A stretch of 64,000 nt of DNA, taken from contig JAQFVV010000003.1 in assembly GCA_028023455.1 (NCBI GenBank), forward strand, positions 2,914,001 to 2,978,000. The letters are read 5' to 3'. The stretch is from Epiperipatus broadwayi. Its lineage: Eukaryota; Animalia; Onychophora. Shown here piece after piece: positions 29,001-42,139 of this stretch. The translations under genes were made by a program, and so were the position numbers. Position 1 is the stretch's first letter, and each line of letters starts with the position of its first letter. The notes under the pieces were generated by a model, which saw only the letters and a program-made list of their open reading frames with translations, was not told the origin of the DNA and made no database searches.

Positions 29001-30782
29001 TTATAGCTTTATTTCAAAAAAGAGAATTTTATAAATATTACTTTAATACAAGCTATTCTGATAAATTGATTAATAGTATTTTGTTTAATAAAAATCATAG
29101 TAATGATAATAACAATTTTAAAAATGTTAATATAAGAGAAAAATATTATTTTATTTCTTAGTCTTTTAAATTGTCTTCTTATAAGGTTTCAAAAAAGAAT
29201 AATAATATTTGATAATAAGAAAATGACATAGATGAAAAGTGCTTCTCTAAATAATTTAATGAATAATACAAATGAGAAAATTGATAGAAATATCATTTCT
29301 GGAGTTATTTATATTATTCCTTATTTTTGTCAGAAAATATATATAGGCCAAAATAGTTTGAGCTTAAATAAAAGAGTAAAAATTAGTAAAAGTTGAATAA
29401 AGAAAAAATATCTTCTTTTGCTTTATATATTCATGAAAGAAATACAGGCCATAAGATTACATACAAACAAAACAAGGTTGTCTTCTTTGAAAAGATTGAA
29501 AAAAAAAATTAAAAACTCCCTTTTAATAAAGATTTACAATTTCTTTTGATAATAAGATAATTGAAATGTGAGTTAAACTCATGGAAAGATAAGATATTGC
29601 TTTTGTGCTGTGTTACTTTGCACTTGAGAAATTTGCTTTGGTGGAGAAGTCATTGACAGCAGATTTGTAATTTAATTTTTACTGTGATTTAACTTGATAA
29701 CTATCATATTCATTGAGAATTGTTTGATATTTCCCTCAGAAAAATCATGTTTATTCTGTTGCTTTAGATCACTGTTTTAACAATACCATATCTTGCTTTA
29801 GCACAAGATTTTTTTTAATAACATAGATTCTCCCATACTGCTTTTATTGATTTTTTTAATAGAAAAAAATCTAAAAAGGTCAGTATTTTATAAATAGTTA
29901 GCTAAGATCTAAGTCTTTATTATATTGTTCATAACAAAAAAACACCCCAAAAGCATTCATGTCCTTCTGGTCTTTTTTTTAGAATAAAAAATATATAATT
30001 TTTTGCTTGTTTCTAAAAAAATTTTGATTATTTTACACACTAAATTAATTGATAATTATTTAAAACAAAATAGAAATACACATGCACACTTTCAATTTAT
30101 TCAATTATCTTTTGTTTTTAGAATTAGTGTTAATAACTTGACTATGAACAAAAATCACAAGCATGTGTAATATGTCATTATCTGATATGATTGACATAGT
30201 GTTAAAACTTTTCAAATATTGTAATAAGTATAAAACAAATATCAGATTTTAAAGCAGAATTTGATAGATTTATCATAAATACACTCGTTTTTCATATTTA
30301 AAGAAAAAACTTGAAATAAAAATGAATTTGTTTATTTTGTGAAAGCATTTGCTTTCACATTGATGTATGAGTGTTGTGCAGTGTAATTATATTCTTTGTT
30401 CATATTTACAAATCAGTTTTTAAATATTTAAAAAGATCAAATGTGATTTTTTTAGGATATTATGTATTTATAAAATTAAATTAAAAACAAATCAAGTCCC
30501 AGTTATTAAATTTTTGTATAAAATAAAGATTTTATACAGAAGTGTAAGGCTGAGCATTTTCAAAAACTTCGGAATAAAAGAAAATATCAGACTTTGTAAG
30601 GATTAACTATAAATTAGTTTATTTGATTTGTTATATTGACTAGTTTAGTTTTTGTTCTTTGATATTATATATATAAACAATACACAGCTTTAAAAAAATT
30701 TAAAAAGTAATATATGAGTAGTGGTTGTTTTTAAAATAAATAAATAAAATAATAAAAAGTTATAATTAATTGTAAATCTTAC

Positions 30783-30888
30783 ATTGACAATAGCTTCTTT
30801 GGTTTGGGCCATATCACTTATCACACCATCAGTTAAAATGAGCAAAATGAAATAGTTCATACCATCTCTAGCACATGATGAAGCAAAC
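30783..30888 (-). CDS. CPNE8-like: Copine exon: [35 protein letters not shown]
   Basis: 106 bp inside ORF 30690-30929; [10 protein letters not shown] vWA motif; AG/GTAAGA boundaries. Confidence 0.97.
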
Positions 30889-31456
30889 CTGAGATAAATA
30901 AATAAATAAGTTTTTAGATGATTATACATTTTTTTTTATCAAGGTGCATACTGTCTTTAACCATTAATATCCAATTAAAAATAGCTTAAAACTACATTTT
31001 CTAATCAATGAGTGAATGGTTAATTGAAGTGACTAAAAACCAGCAACCTAAAAATAATTCCTCACTTATTTTTAAAAATTTCCATGTTCTTAAAAAATAT
31101 TCATTCAACAATGAGTATTATTATAGATATGTGTGTACTTTGGAGTTACACAAATGATATTATATTATACAGCATTTAAAAATTAAAATAAATTGCTATT
31201 TTATGCATTTTTTCTATATATATGATTTTTTTTTGTATGTGGTAATTTTCTCTATGAGTCTGAAGATAACCTGCAGTAATTAAGCAAAAGAGTGATACAA
31301 TCAGCAGTAACATTTGATGATAATTTGCCCCTGATAGAATTTAACTTAGAATCTTAAATTTAAAGCATCAAAAAATGATAAATGACTCTATGAGAGAATT
31401 TGAAAAAATTTTCTTTCAATTACTAACTAAAACATAATTATAAAATATGTCCTTAG

Positions 31457-31648
31457 ATCATACCATTTACACCTTTCTTAAACACTTTATCAATATTCTT
31501 TATTTATAACAAACTAACAGTTTTGACTGTCCTGCAGTCACCATCAGAGCTACAATATTCAAATATATAATTATATAATTAATACTGTTAGTTTGATGTA
31601 AATAAAGAGTATTGATAAAGTGTTTAAGAAAGGTATAAATGGTAAGAT
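31457..31648 (-). mobile_element. Penelope pseudo-LTR remnant with mutated hammerhead (family 3) between 65-bp inverted arms
   Basis: Arms 31457-31520 and 31585-31648. Interior on minus strand: CTGATGG-tGACTG cagga CAGTC-AAAA-CtGTT. Homologous to 57233-57352. Confidence 0.75.
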
Positions 31649-32066
31649 ACATTTAAGTAAAAATCAATACATAGAAAAAGGAAGAAGTAGAAAATTATGC
31701 CCTTGATTATAAATAATATATTCAAAACAAATGTCAAAACACAATAAGATCTATGTAACAAAATTAGTTAATCAATCAAACTATGCACATGTGTGTAAAT
31801 GAATAAATAACTGGTCATTCATTTCAAAACATGGAGAAAAACAACATTTATTTAGTCACATTTTGATGAGGTCTATTCGAGGATGAAATACAATATAGCA
31901 ACAAAATGATTGTTAGTTTTCTTTATGCATTAACATGGATGAGTAGTTATTTATTCATTTATAAACTTGAATGGTTTGATTAAACAACTTTCTATCTAAG
32001 ATGTACTATAGGTGCTAAAATTTTAAAGAGTTATAGTGCAAATGATTGATATTGCAGTAATTTTTA

Positions 32067-32303
32067 AAACATCACATGATCACCATTCTTTATGTTTACA
32101 CAAGCTGGTTTTCATAAAGCTACTAAGTGCATTGCTCTTAGATCCAAGGCTTCTCACTGATGAAAGCCAAAGCTAGAAATTAGTCTGGGGATATTGGATG
32201 AGTAGTCATTACACAGTGATTTTATGCACAAACCTTCCTGCATCCATTAATTACTCTGGCTTGCACTGAGTGTCACAATTGTATGGAGTTTTGCCTCTGT
32301 AAA
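32067..32303 (+). mobile_element. Family 1 repeat with intact hammerhead core (32142-32199)
   Basis: ATCCAA ggc TTCTCA-CTGATGA-aAGC caaa GCTa-GAAA-TtaGTC-TGGGGA ta TTGGAT. Confidence 0.87.
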
Positions 32304-32835
32304 TTTTTAAAACTACCGAAAAAAAATGATGATAATGACATTGATGATAATAAATGTCACAGATGTAATTAATTTGCACTACAAATAATACATTTTAAAT
32401 ATTCAAATTGGAAAAGAATAAATATCTTTATGCTATTCTTCCATAAAATAATAATCAAAAAATATTACTTTCTTACAACAGCTTTATAAATATCAAAATT
32501 TTTTATACACATAAAAAGCTCTTTTCAGCACCTGATTTGATACTTTTTTCAAATGTTAAGAATCTATTATGTTAATGAACAATTACAGACATAAAACCAT
32601 CTAGTGTTCAATAATGAAATTAAAACAACCAATACCAATATAAATCATTAAAATAAATCAAAACCTACATATAAATCTAGTAATTACAAAATGATTGACT
32701 ATATCATAACAATAAATAAAATAAATTACATGCACTTTTCTTTTTTTTTTACAATTATATATATGTCTATTTATATTGTATTATTGTTGTAACTGATTCT
32801 AGTTAACTTTATGTATAAAAAAGATATTGCATAAT

Positions 32836-33022
32836 CACCAGTTCTTATGCTTACACAAGCTGTTTACACAGAGGCTAAACTCTCCATACAGTAGTGCCAG
32901 TTGGGGATACTGGATGAGTAGGCACTAAAAAGGGATTTTATGCACAAACCTTCTTGCATCCTTTGATTACTCTGGCTTGCACTGGTGACACTACTTTATG
33001 GAGAATTTAACCTCAGTATAAA
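32836..33022 (+). mobile_element. Family 1 repeat with ribozyme core deleted and both inverted repeats retained
   Basis: ~37-bp inverted repeats at 32863-32899 and 32986-33022; sequence jumps from the left IR to TTGGGGATACTGGAT. Confidence 0.82.
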
Positions 33023-33154
33023 GAAGATAGATGTGGCTATATATGCAATGGAAATTGATGCTATAAAACAGTTCCATTGCATTTAAAGGGGCAAAATAAT
33101 AGATATAAAAATATTTACAATGAACATTTTTATTTATTGTGAAAATTAAAAACC

Positions 33155-33325
33155 AAGAAATAATTGTTTCTTCAATTACAATTGGATTCTTTTTAAATTG
33201 AACATGAAATAAAAGCATAGAAAGTCCAGAAATTAATTAAGTTAAATTAACCTTACTTTTTATAGTAAGAGATTGACTTAATTAATTTCTGGACCAAGTT
33301 AAATATAAAATCCCCAATTGTGGTA
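33155..33325. mobile_element. Second, older copy of the foldback MITE family
   Basis: Shares AATTGTTTCTTCAAT.ACAATTGG and GTCCAGAAATTAATTAAG...CTTAATTAATTTCTGGAC with 15660-15966. Confidence 0.7.
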
Positions 33326-34085
33326 AATAAAAGTGATCATTAAAAATACTTTTATATCTATTATTTTTTTTATTTTTTAGTACTTTTATATTTTTTACAA
33401 TTATTCCAGTCATCCTAATGCTTGAAATTAAAATTATGCTTATTAAATAATTACAATATACATATCTATATTTCAAAAATGTTTTTATAAAGTCAATTTT
33501 TAGAACATAAAAATAAAATGACACTTTTTAAAAAATTGAATTTTTACAATGAAATATTTGTTTTTGTTTGAATTTTAAATAATCACTAAAAATAAAAATT
33601 TTTAAATCAAGATTTGTTTTTATTTCAATTTTAAAACATTGTTAGATACTTTTTAAATTAATTTTTTTTTTTAAATATATATATCACTCTCTTGCATGAA
33701 TTATTGAAAACTTATGGAAGTAATATGAACATATTTTAAATGTGATATCAAAATAATTATAATTTCAACCACACTTTCTATTTGGATTTAAAAAACTAGA
33801 TAACCTACCTAAAATATTTTAGTGTCATATTGAATTGTCAGTGACTTATAAGTAATGTACTAAATTTCAATAAATTATATTGAATATAAACTTATTAAAC
33901 CTCAATTTTAAAATTTTATTGCAATTTAAATATAAGTGTTTACAAACTAACAATCAAACAAACAACCTAACAACAATCAGAGATTGTAACCTAGAAGTGT
34001 TTAAAAAATATATGCCAAAAAAATTTTTTCTGTATTATTTTTATTATCGTTATATATATAATTATAGCTGTTACACAAAAATATT

Positions 34086-35016
34086 GATAAGACAGCATCG
34101 ATTGATTCACACCATAAGATGGCGCTGTTTCTACACTAAAGCACATAAATATGCTGTTTACAAGGCCACTCATAGATCTTATGGCCTAGTAAACTGTTCA
34201 ACCGCTAAGATGTTGAAGTGCACCCATTACCCCAACATCTCTAGTATGTTGAACATTATTAGTGACGAGTATGCAAGATTCTCTATAGACATTACTCTTA
34301 ACTATTGTACAGCATATGATGTGAAGGTTTCTGTATTTTGAATGTCGAAAACTATATTATAACGTTTTTTTGTTTTTTTTGGCTTCGATGTATTTTTTTT
34401 ATTTTTGTTCGTAAAAATTGTAACGATTTTCCAAACACCCCTGGTTTCATTGTCAGGGGTCAGAATTCAATTAATGAGGAGTGTTAGTCACAATTTGGCA
34501 AAGTTCACGATCAAGTCGCGCACTTTCCGACACTTTTTCGAGATCAAAACATTTCAATGGCAGACTACAGAAGCAGATGCGGTGGCCTTTCTTCAACAGA
34601 GAAATATTCTCCTCACCCAGAAGAACTGCCTTTGTGGTAGTTTAATGAAAGTAAAAAGCCAAAAAAAATAAAAAAAGTTACTTTAAAAAAAAGACCGTAA
34701 TCAAAAGCGGAAAGAAAAAAAAGAAGTTACTTTAAAAAAAAAAAAAGACCGTAATCCAATTTTGTTAAACAACAAGTTTTACAAAAAAATAAAGAAAAAA
34801 AAAGGTTTTACAAAACGTATTAAAAAAAATATTTAAAAATCTATTTATTTATTTAAAAAAAAATACGGTCCAAAAAAAAAATCCAAACCAAAAAAAAACA
34901 ACACGATAACATTACAAAATAATAATAATCAAATCAGCCCAGTAACGTTATATCTATTCGTTTTTCACTAGCAACAGTGCCATCTTATGGCGTGGATCAA
35001 TCGATGCTGTATTACC
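34086..35016 (+). mobile_element. Merlin-superfamily internally deleted DNA transposon
   Basis: ~45-bp TIRs (right end reads GGTAATACAGCATCGATTGATCCACGCCATAAGATGGC); perfect 8-bp TSD AAAATATT (34078-85, 35017-24). ORF 34405-34671 contains TEADAVAFLQQRNILLTQKNCLCGSLMK, like Merlin/ISXO2 transposase N-termini. Confidence 0.85.
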
Positions 35017-37103
35017 AAAATATTTTCTTTTATGGTGTATGATTTATTTAAATATATGAAAAAACAACATATGAAAAAGAATGTAATATTCTGATGTCAT
35101 GAAAAATATATTAAGAAAAAAATTCTGTGCCATATATCTTACTACTGAGACTCTTTGGTCTCATGTGATGATGATGAATAAATTTAATGATGTGACTATA
35201 TATAATAATCAAATGATATATTTAAAAAAAGTGATACACATAAAATTGTGCTATATTGAATTTGCTTTTATTTTATATATTTATGCATCTATATTTTCAA
35301 AACAAAAATGCTAGTTCATTTGCAATTATAATATAAGTAAGATTACAAATGATTGTTGTTTTAATTTTTTTTATTTACTTGGATTTTTAAATCCTAAAAT
35401 TAATTCTCTCAGCTTACATTAAATTAACTAATCTTCATTGTTTTTTACCTTTAATGTAATATGGTTCTAAACAAGAAAATAAATACATGGTTGTTTTGAT
35501 AATAATTTTGAAGAGTTTAAAGAGAAAAATTATTGATAATAGGAGTTTGGTATTGTTAACAGGAAATGAGGGTAACAAGCTTGTATGAATGGGACCTGCA
35601 ATTTAACAATTATGCTATGCATTCTACAGATATAATGCCACAATTATTGGATTAATTCTAAAAAAAATCATCTGTATTATTGTCTATTGCCTCAACTGAA
35701 TTTGTTATTTCTAGGTTACTGAAATTGGAAGCTTCAACAAAGTTTACATGAAAGATCCATTTCATCAATGCTTAACTGTGAAGTACTTACTCATTAGTCA
35801 TCCATTATAAGTATATTTACAGCTAGCTGTCAATCACTAAACTACATTTAAAAAAACGAAAGTCAAAACGAAAAGAAAATTGTGAATGTTCTTCCTCCTA
35901 CCAAGTTAAAACTTGAAAGCTTGAACAGATCATATAAGTGATGAATATTTGCATCAGTTAATTCTTTTTTAAATAATTATACATGTTACAAACTTTTTAA
36001 AACCTGAAAACTAATCTTTAGCTTATTGTATTTTCTTAAATAATTCTGATATAATTTGTTATTACATATAAATATTATTTTTGTAATTACAGATTGGTTT
36101 TGTTTAATTATTTGTATAATACTTCCAAACCTTAATTTGAAAATATGTATATATTTTTCTTATTTATATTCAGAATCTAAATTATAAATAACAAATTATT
36201 GTTATTCTATTAGTTAGTTGATCAAATATTATTTTATTTAATTCATACTTTTTTTTGTTCTTCAAAATCTTGTTCATATTATTGGTCATTAAGATCTCAC
36301 ATTTTTGCACTGGGATATTGGAAAGTACACATAGATATATATGCATGGTTAATTTCTTAGCTGGATATCTGTTCCACCATATTGAAAAGTAAAGCTGGTT
36401 AGCTCCATTACATACATTGGTGGCCCAAGGGAAAGCCAAATAGAGTTATTTTACAATCATATATATTTCTATTACATGCTCACAAGATTAAAAATGGATT
36501 TTTTAAAATTAGGTTTTTTTAATATTATTTGTAACTTTATGTGTTTTGATACAGTGATAGAATTGAAAAGCTCTGAATTTAAAGTCTGTGGATTGGCAGC
36601 ATTTCCTGAGCTATAAAGCCATTTGAATATTTTTTATTTATTCTCGTTATGAGAGTACCTTGATTTTTTTTTTTTAATGTTCTGAAACATCGAAATTCTG
36701 GATTAGTATTTGATTCATTGAAAGCTTTTATGCAGAATTTCTTGTACTTTGAGAATGCATCTAAATCTTTTCTACATGGAAGCCCTTTCTTTCCTATCTT
36801 TTAAAAAGAACTAGAAACACTTGCTAAAAAGTTTAGCACATGCAATACCGAGCTACAATCTCAATAAATAAATTATATGTTAAATCACTCCCTAAAGAAC
36901 AGGCTATTAAGACCCAAAGCTCTTGATACAGAATATTGCAGTGATTTGATTAGTAATAAATCAGTTGATTATCATCATCAGTAATGTATCATCTTTTTCT
37001 CTCTAATCCTTACAAAAATTGTATTCTTTCCAAGATGAATTATAAAGCACATGCATATAAAATTGATATATAATTGATATATTTTTCAGAGAAAAAAACA
37101 TAT

Positions 37104-37139
37104 TGTGTAAGCACAAATAATGGTGATCATGTGATGTTT
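37104..37139 (-). repeat. Family 1 leader fragment 37 nt downstream of a copine donor site
   Basis: Reverse complement AAACATCACATGATCACCATTATTTGTGCTTACACA matches the family 1 leader. Confidence 0.7.
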
Positions 37140-37176
37140 GATAGTTTAATTGATATATTGTTGATATATTGTATAC

Positions 37177-37304
37177 CTTGCTACATGATTGATAATTGGT
37201 GCAAAATTAGTAGGTCCAAAAAGCTGAACTGATTTTAAACACTTCTCATAAGCTTCTAACACTCCATCAGTCCCATAACAGTAAGGATTTTCAGAATGAA
37301 GATT
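37177..37304 (-). CDS. CPNE8-like: Copine exon: NLHSENPYCYGTDGVLEAYEKCLKSVQLFGPTNFAPIINHVAR
   Basis: 128 bp, AG/GT boundaries; copine QLYGPTNFAPIINHVA motif. Confidence 0.96.
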
Positions 37305-38101
37305 CTATAAAACACAAAACAGACCAAAAAAAAAAGATAAATTTTCAGAAAAGAAATCTTTTTAACAATTAAAAAATTAAAAATAAATAAAGATAATAAT
37401 GTTTATACTTACAAGAATTACAATACAGAATCAAATCATTTGTAATCTTTTGTAATCTGTATGAAATTGCTAATTATATGCATATAAGATCTCATGATGT
37501 GATAAATGTGCATCACATACATTAAAATATTTTCATTGTACTAATTAGAATTGTATTAACTTTTCTAGATTTTGTTCCTCTTATATATTTATTACTAACT
37601 ACAGATTGTAATTTAAATGCAGGTACCAAATGTAGTTTCAAATAAAAACTTTTAACCATGTAGATAATTTGAAATTGGTCTTTCTAAACAGAACAAAATT
37701 AATGAATTTTCATTTGATACCACAATATAAATGCAAATATTAGTATATATTGATAGGTCAAATTGTTTGATTTGCATATCCCAATGCAGCAGTAAGTAGA
37801 GTAGCATTCTTTGAAACTTCACAATACAGGTCTGTCATTTCCAGTATTTAAACCTCTGCTGAACTCCTGAGCAATAAATCATTTGTTTACTTTTTTTAAT
37901 AAATGACAGAAATGTTTTTTCATGGTAGAACTAATATATACCAAGGCATCTAAAAGCAGTCTGGGTAAAATGTTTAAAGGCTAACAAAAAAATTACATTT
38001 TTCACAAATGTTAGGAGCAATAAATATTAATTATTTTTTTCTTTAGATATTAATTCTTATAATATAATATTAACTCATCTATACACTTTATTACTCACAT
38101 T

Positions 38102-38346
38102 ACCACTCTGACAGTTTCAATTGCACCAGCAATCTTCTTCAGAACTTTCATTTATATCTTTCACAATGCTTTTATTATATCCTGTCAGTTTCAATTGCTC
38201 CAGCAATCTTCTTCAGAATTTTCATTTATATTACCACCTTGATAGTTTTGATTGCCACAGAAATCTTCTTCAGAACTTTCATTGATATCTTCAATGAAAG
38301 TTCTGAAGAAGATTGCTAGGGCAATCAAAACTATCAGGGTGGTAAT
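38102..38346. ncRNA. Cluster of four hammerhead-like units (3 tandem on minus, 1 inverted on plus), family 4
   Basis: Unit GAAAGTT-CTGAAGA-aGATTGC nnnn GCAATY-GAAA-CtGTC-AGAG. Unit 38102-38156 has an intact core; the others carry GAC, AAAA or ATC changes. Confidence 0.75.
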
Positions 38347-39973
38347 TAAATCATTGTGAAACAGTAATAAAGTGCATAGATGAGTTAATATTATATTATA
38401 TACATTTGACAATACAATAAGAAAGATTAGATATTACTTCTTTTTAAGCAATACACTTTAATAAATTACATTACTATGCAATAATGTTATTTAAACATCT
38501 ACAGTTTACTTTTACTATTACTATTATTATATGTTCCCTATTACTGTCAATCAATCAAAAAAATTATTAATCTGAAATGTATAAAAATGATGAAGTATGA
38601 AAATGATAATAATGAAATCTTGCGATGTTAAAAAATTTGTAAATTAAAAGTAAGTATAACAACACTGATCAGAAAAATTATGGAAGACAATTTATCAGGT
38701 CTCCTCATTGATCATTTGATAAACTAGTAAACTCCTCTTCACTCACAATGGTATTAAAAATTTTATAATTTTAATACAACTTCTATATTTACTTTCATAG
38801 TGATTAAATTTTAGAGACAAAATTTCATGTCATGTTTCAGTCATACATATTGAAATATTAATGACAAGAGACACTTTTTAAAACAAACACCTTAATGCAA
38901 TTATATATTTTTAAATTTTTCCAGTCAAAAATAAGTCATTGCTAACAGAAAAAATTATAAAAAAAAATTTCCAGTTAAAATAATAAAACAGCATTAAACA
39001 GACTACCACAATGACAGTCTTTCCTATATTTCTCCACTAGGAAATAATTAAAGATATAACATTACACATCTGGTTAATCTACAGCCTCTTGGTGAAGATT
39101 TATAGTTCTTTGTTCTAAGAATAGTTACACACTCATTTGCTGAGCAGAAATTAGATGGGTAACTGAATTATCACTGTACTGAATTCCTGAAAAAAATCAT
39201 AAATTTGCTCAGACATTCTCAGTTATCTGAAAAAAAATTTCAAATTCAATTTGATTTGAATTTCAGACCATAAATATGTCAATATTAAGCATGCAAACAC
39301 CATAATTTTCAATTTTATTCACCAATGCAGAGTAAAACTACATCCAAGTTTAATTCAACTTATCTAATCAACAGTTTTTTTTCCATTCCATATTATGCAA
39401 AAAAACTTTCTCATTCATCTGCATATCTCGTGCATGGTTTCTTGTTTTTACCATCTCTTATGATCCAGTTCAAATGTCTATCTATTATCATCACTTATAA
39501 AATCACAACTATGCTCCTTTATACATATCCTTCAGTTATGGTCTCTCATTGTTACTCTCAGAAACATCTTGTCATGCCTTAAAGAGTAATATGAAGTTTC
39601 TGGATTGTTTTCCTATTAAGCACTAAAGTCTCACAGATCCATAAATAAACAAAACATATTTATTAAAAACTTGCTTTTTCAAATATATAAATGTATTTCT
39701 ATTTTAATTTTTAATACTGTTATTTCTACCAAAAGTATTCCATCCATGTTTAATTCTATGGCTACTTTTATCCATTATCTTTTCATCTACGTACTAATCC
39801 AGATGGCATTCATGATGTAAGCTAGCTATAGCTATTATTTATTCATTTATAGATTAGTATAGTGAAAATTGTAGGAATAATTTGTGGTGTGCTTTATATA
39901 TTTATGTGGAATATCTTTTCTATTTATTAATAGTTATCTATGGTGCTGCAAGCAAGTATAGTTTAAAATTATT

Positions 39974-40018
<45 letters not shown>

Positions 40019-42139
40019 CAATAGTTTTTAATTAATGGACATTTTATGTGTATATTATATTATAAGGGTAACTTACAATCTTATTAAGTTCACTTGTTTA
40101 TGTGCAATATCAAACCATAAACTTAAAAATATAATTTCAATTAATAAACAATAAATACATTATCCTTTTACATTAAAATACTTATATGCACACATATATA
40201 ACTTAAACATTAGATTATAAAATTTTAATAATAAAAGTCAAGTCAAATAAATAGTTATTTTAATGAAATCAAATATTAAAATAATTAGATTTCAACCATT
40301 CATATATATGTATTATTAAGTTAACTAATATCACTAATCAAGATGCAAAACATAGAGATAACTTTAGGTCAAGTCATATCTTAGGAACTAAATGCAAAGG
40401 AAATAAAATTAGAACTCAATTGTGCAATTATTAATTATGATGCGGTCAACAATAATTGAATACAAAATCATGAAATGAAATAGTAATTTAACACATACTA
40501 ATTACTGGAAGTCAATTCCACTATAAAAGCTAAATCAACAAATTTCCAAATCAGTTCCATCTTTTACAAATAAACTAGTCACTATGCATATTTATTTTAC
40601 TGTGTTCAAATACTGAAAAAATGGATCAATAGTTTGTATGAATTTTCCTTCTTTATAAAATCTTCATTAGCAGTAGTATCACTCAAGTAAAGAGTAAATA
40701 AATTACTCTTTAATATCATCAATAATAATTTTAAAAGTGAAATTATCTTTAATATAATAATTAGAGAAATTCTTAACGATATCATTCCAAACTTGAATTC
40801 TAATGAAGACAAATATCATCAAATATATTTATATATCTAAATAAATTTATTTTAAAAAGATTTTAAGTTATAGAAAATGTATCATGAGTAAAGACACTTT
40901 GCCATAGGATCAAATGCTATTGTTCTAATCTAAAGCAGTGTAACTATTCATTCCTACTGAAATGCCTAATATATATATATATCATTTACATAATTCAATA
41001 TCCAACTTCAGTTTACAGAGAGATAATTTAAAGAAAGTGATGTCAACATCATGCAAGAGGAATATTTATGAAAAAATGGAGTATACTGATTACCTCACCA
41101 ATGACTGATGACTGGAAATAAAGTACTTTATTCTTAATAAACATTGTTACTCAAATTGTGGAAAATGAAAAGGACAATATCATAAACTTTAAATGCATCA
41201 TATCACCTTTGCATATCAACATTCATAAATATTTAATTTTATTTCCTTTGCCTTTAAAACCTTCTTACTTCGGAATAATCCATTTTGGAAAATCATTAGA
41301 TGAAAAAAGTGGAAAGATCATTGGGTTAAATTTTTTTTTAATAATAAAATTTGGCTCTTCCTTATGCAGTGATTTGACCAGGTTAATAATTAAACTTAAT
41401 ATGAAGATAAGATTTTATTGTTCTTCATATTAAATTCATTCACTTATGACATGACAGAATTCTTGCTTATTATTAAATTAATTAATTTATTAATATTTGT
41501 TTATTTATTTTTCAGTATAAACAACTAATATCCTTGGATAAAAGATCTTTTCTTTCAATGATAGGGACCATACATAGATGGGAGGTCTTATAGAAATGGA
41601 ATTCCCTCAAAAGGATTCAATATTACAAAAGTCTTCATTTATACTTATATTGTTTAATTTAAATTTAGTTAGCTAGTATTATAATAATCTTTGGAATTAT
41701 AAAATGTTATTTATTTTTGCAATCTATTAAATATTGTTTGGGCTATGGTATATATATATATATACACTATGGGATATGGGAATATATAATTTTAAAATGT
41801 ATATACTAATATAAAAGAAATGTATTTAAACACTTGTAATTAAAAATTTTGTTATATTGAAGCAATCGATGTCTAATCATCATCGATGCATCATGTTTCA
41901 CCATCTACACTAACCTCCTAGGGGTTCGCAATTCAGACCTCATTGTAAATATATGCTATTCACTCACACACTGTATGCTGAATCATTAGAAAGATTAGTA
42001 AAATTATTTTTTGTTGAGTAAAAATGAAGCAGTAGTTTGAGTGCTGCGTATATATATTATGACTAAAGCAATAATTTTATTGCTGGAAAATACATTTGCT
42101 TATATATTTGTAATTATTTTTATATCTGTGTGTATTTAA

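Noticed and set aside
30690-30929. Whole ORF as coding
   Set aside because: Only 30783-30888 is copine-like and bounded by splice sites; the rest is intron.
33880-34341. 153-aa ORF as a gene
   Set aside because: Low-complexity AT-derived composition, and it crosses the Merlin TIR boundary.
36182-36439. ORF as a missing copine exon
   Set aside because: The true exon is 37177-37304 and the reading frame is already complete without it; no copine motifs.
38102-38346. CRISPR-like repeat-spacer array
   Set aside because: Eukaryotic intron, irregular spacers, one unit inverted, no cas genes; better explained as hammerhead/pLTR units.
39970-40016. (TG)n(TA)n microsatellite (also 25935 TG, 24740 CT, 11676 ATT)
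   Set aside because: Ordinary simple repeats with no further structure.
41105-41125. CTGATGA..GAAA (also the CTGATGA hits near 12005, 12183, 28161 and 52454) as hammerheads
   Set aside because: No helix II or no downstream GAAA/helix III; chance matches.
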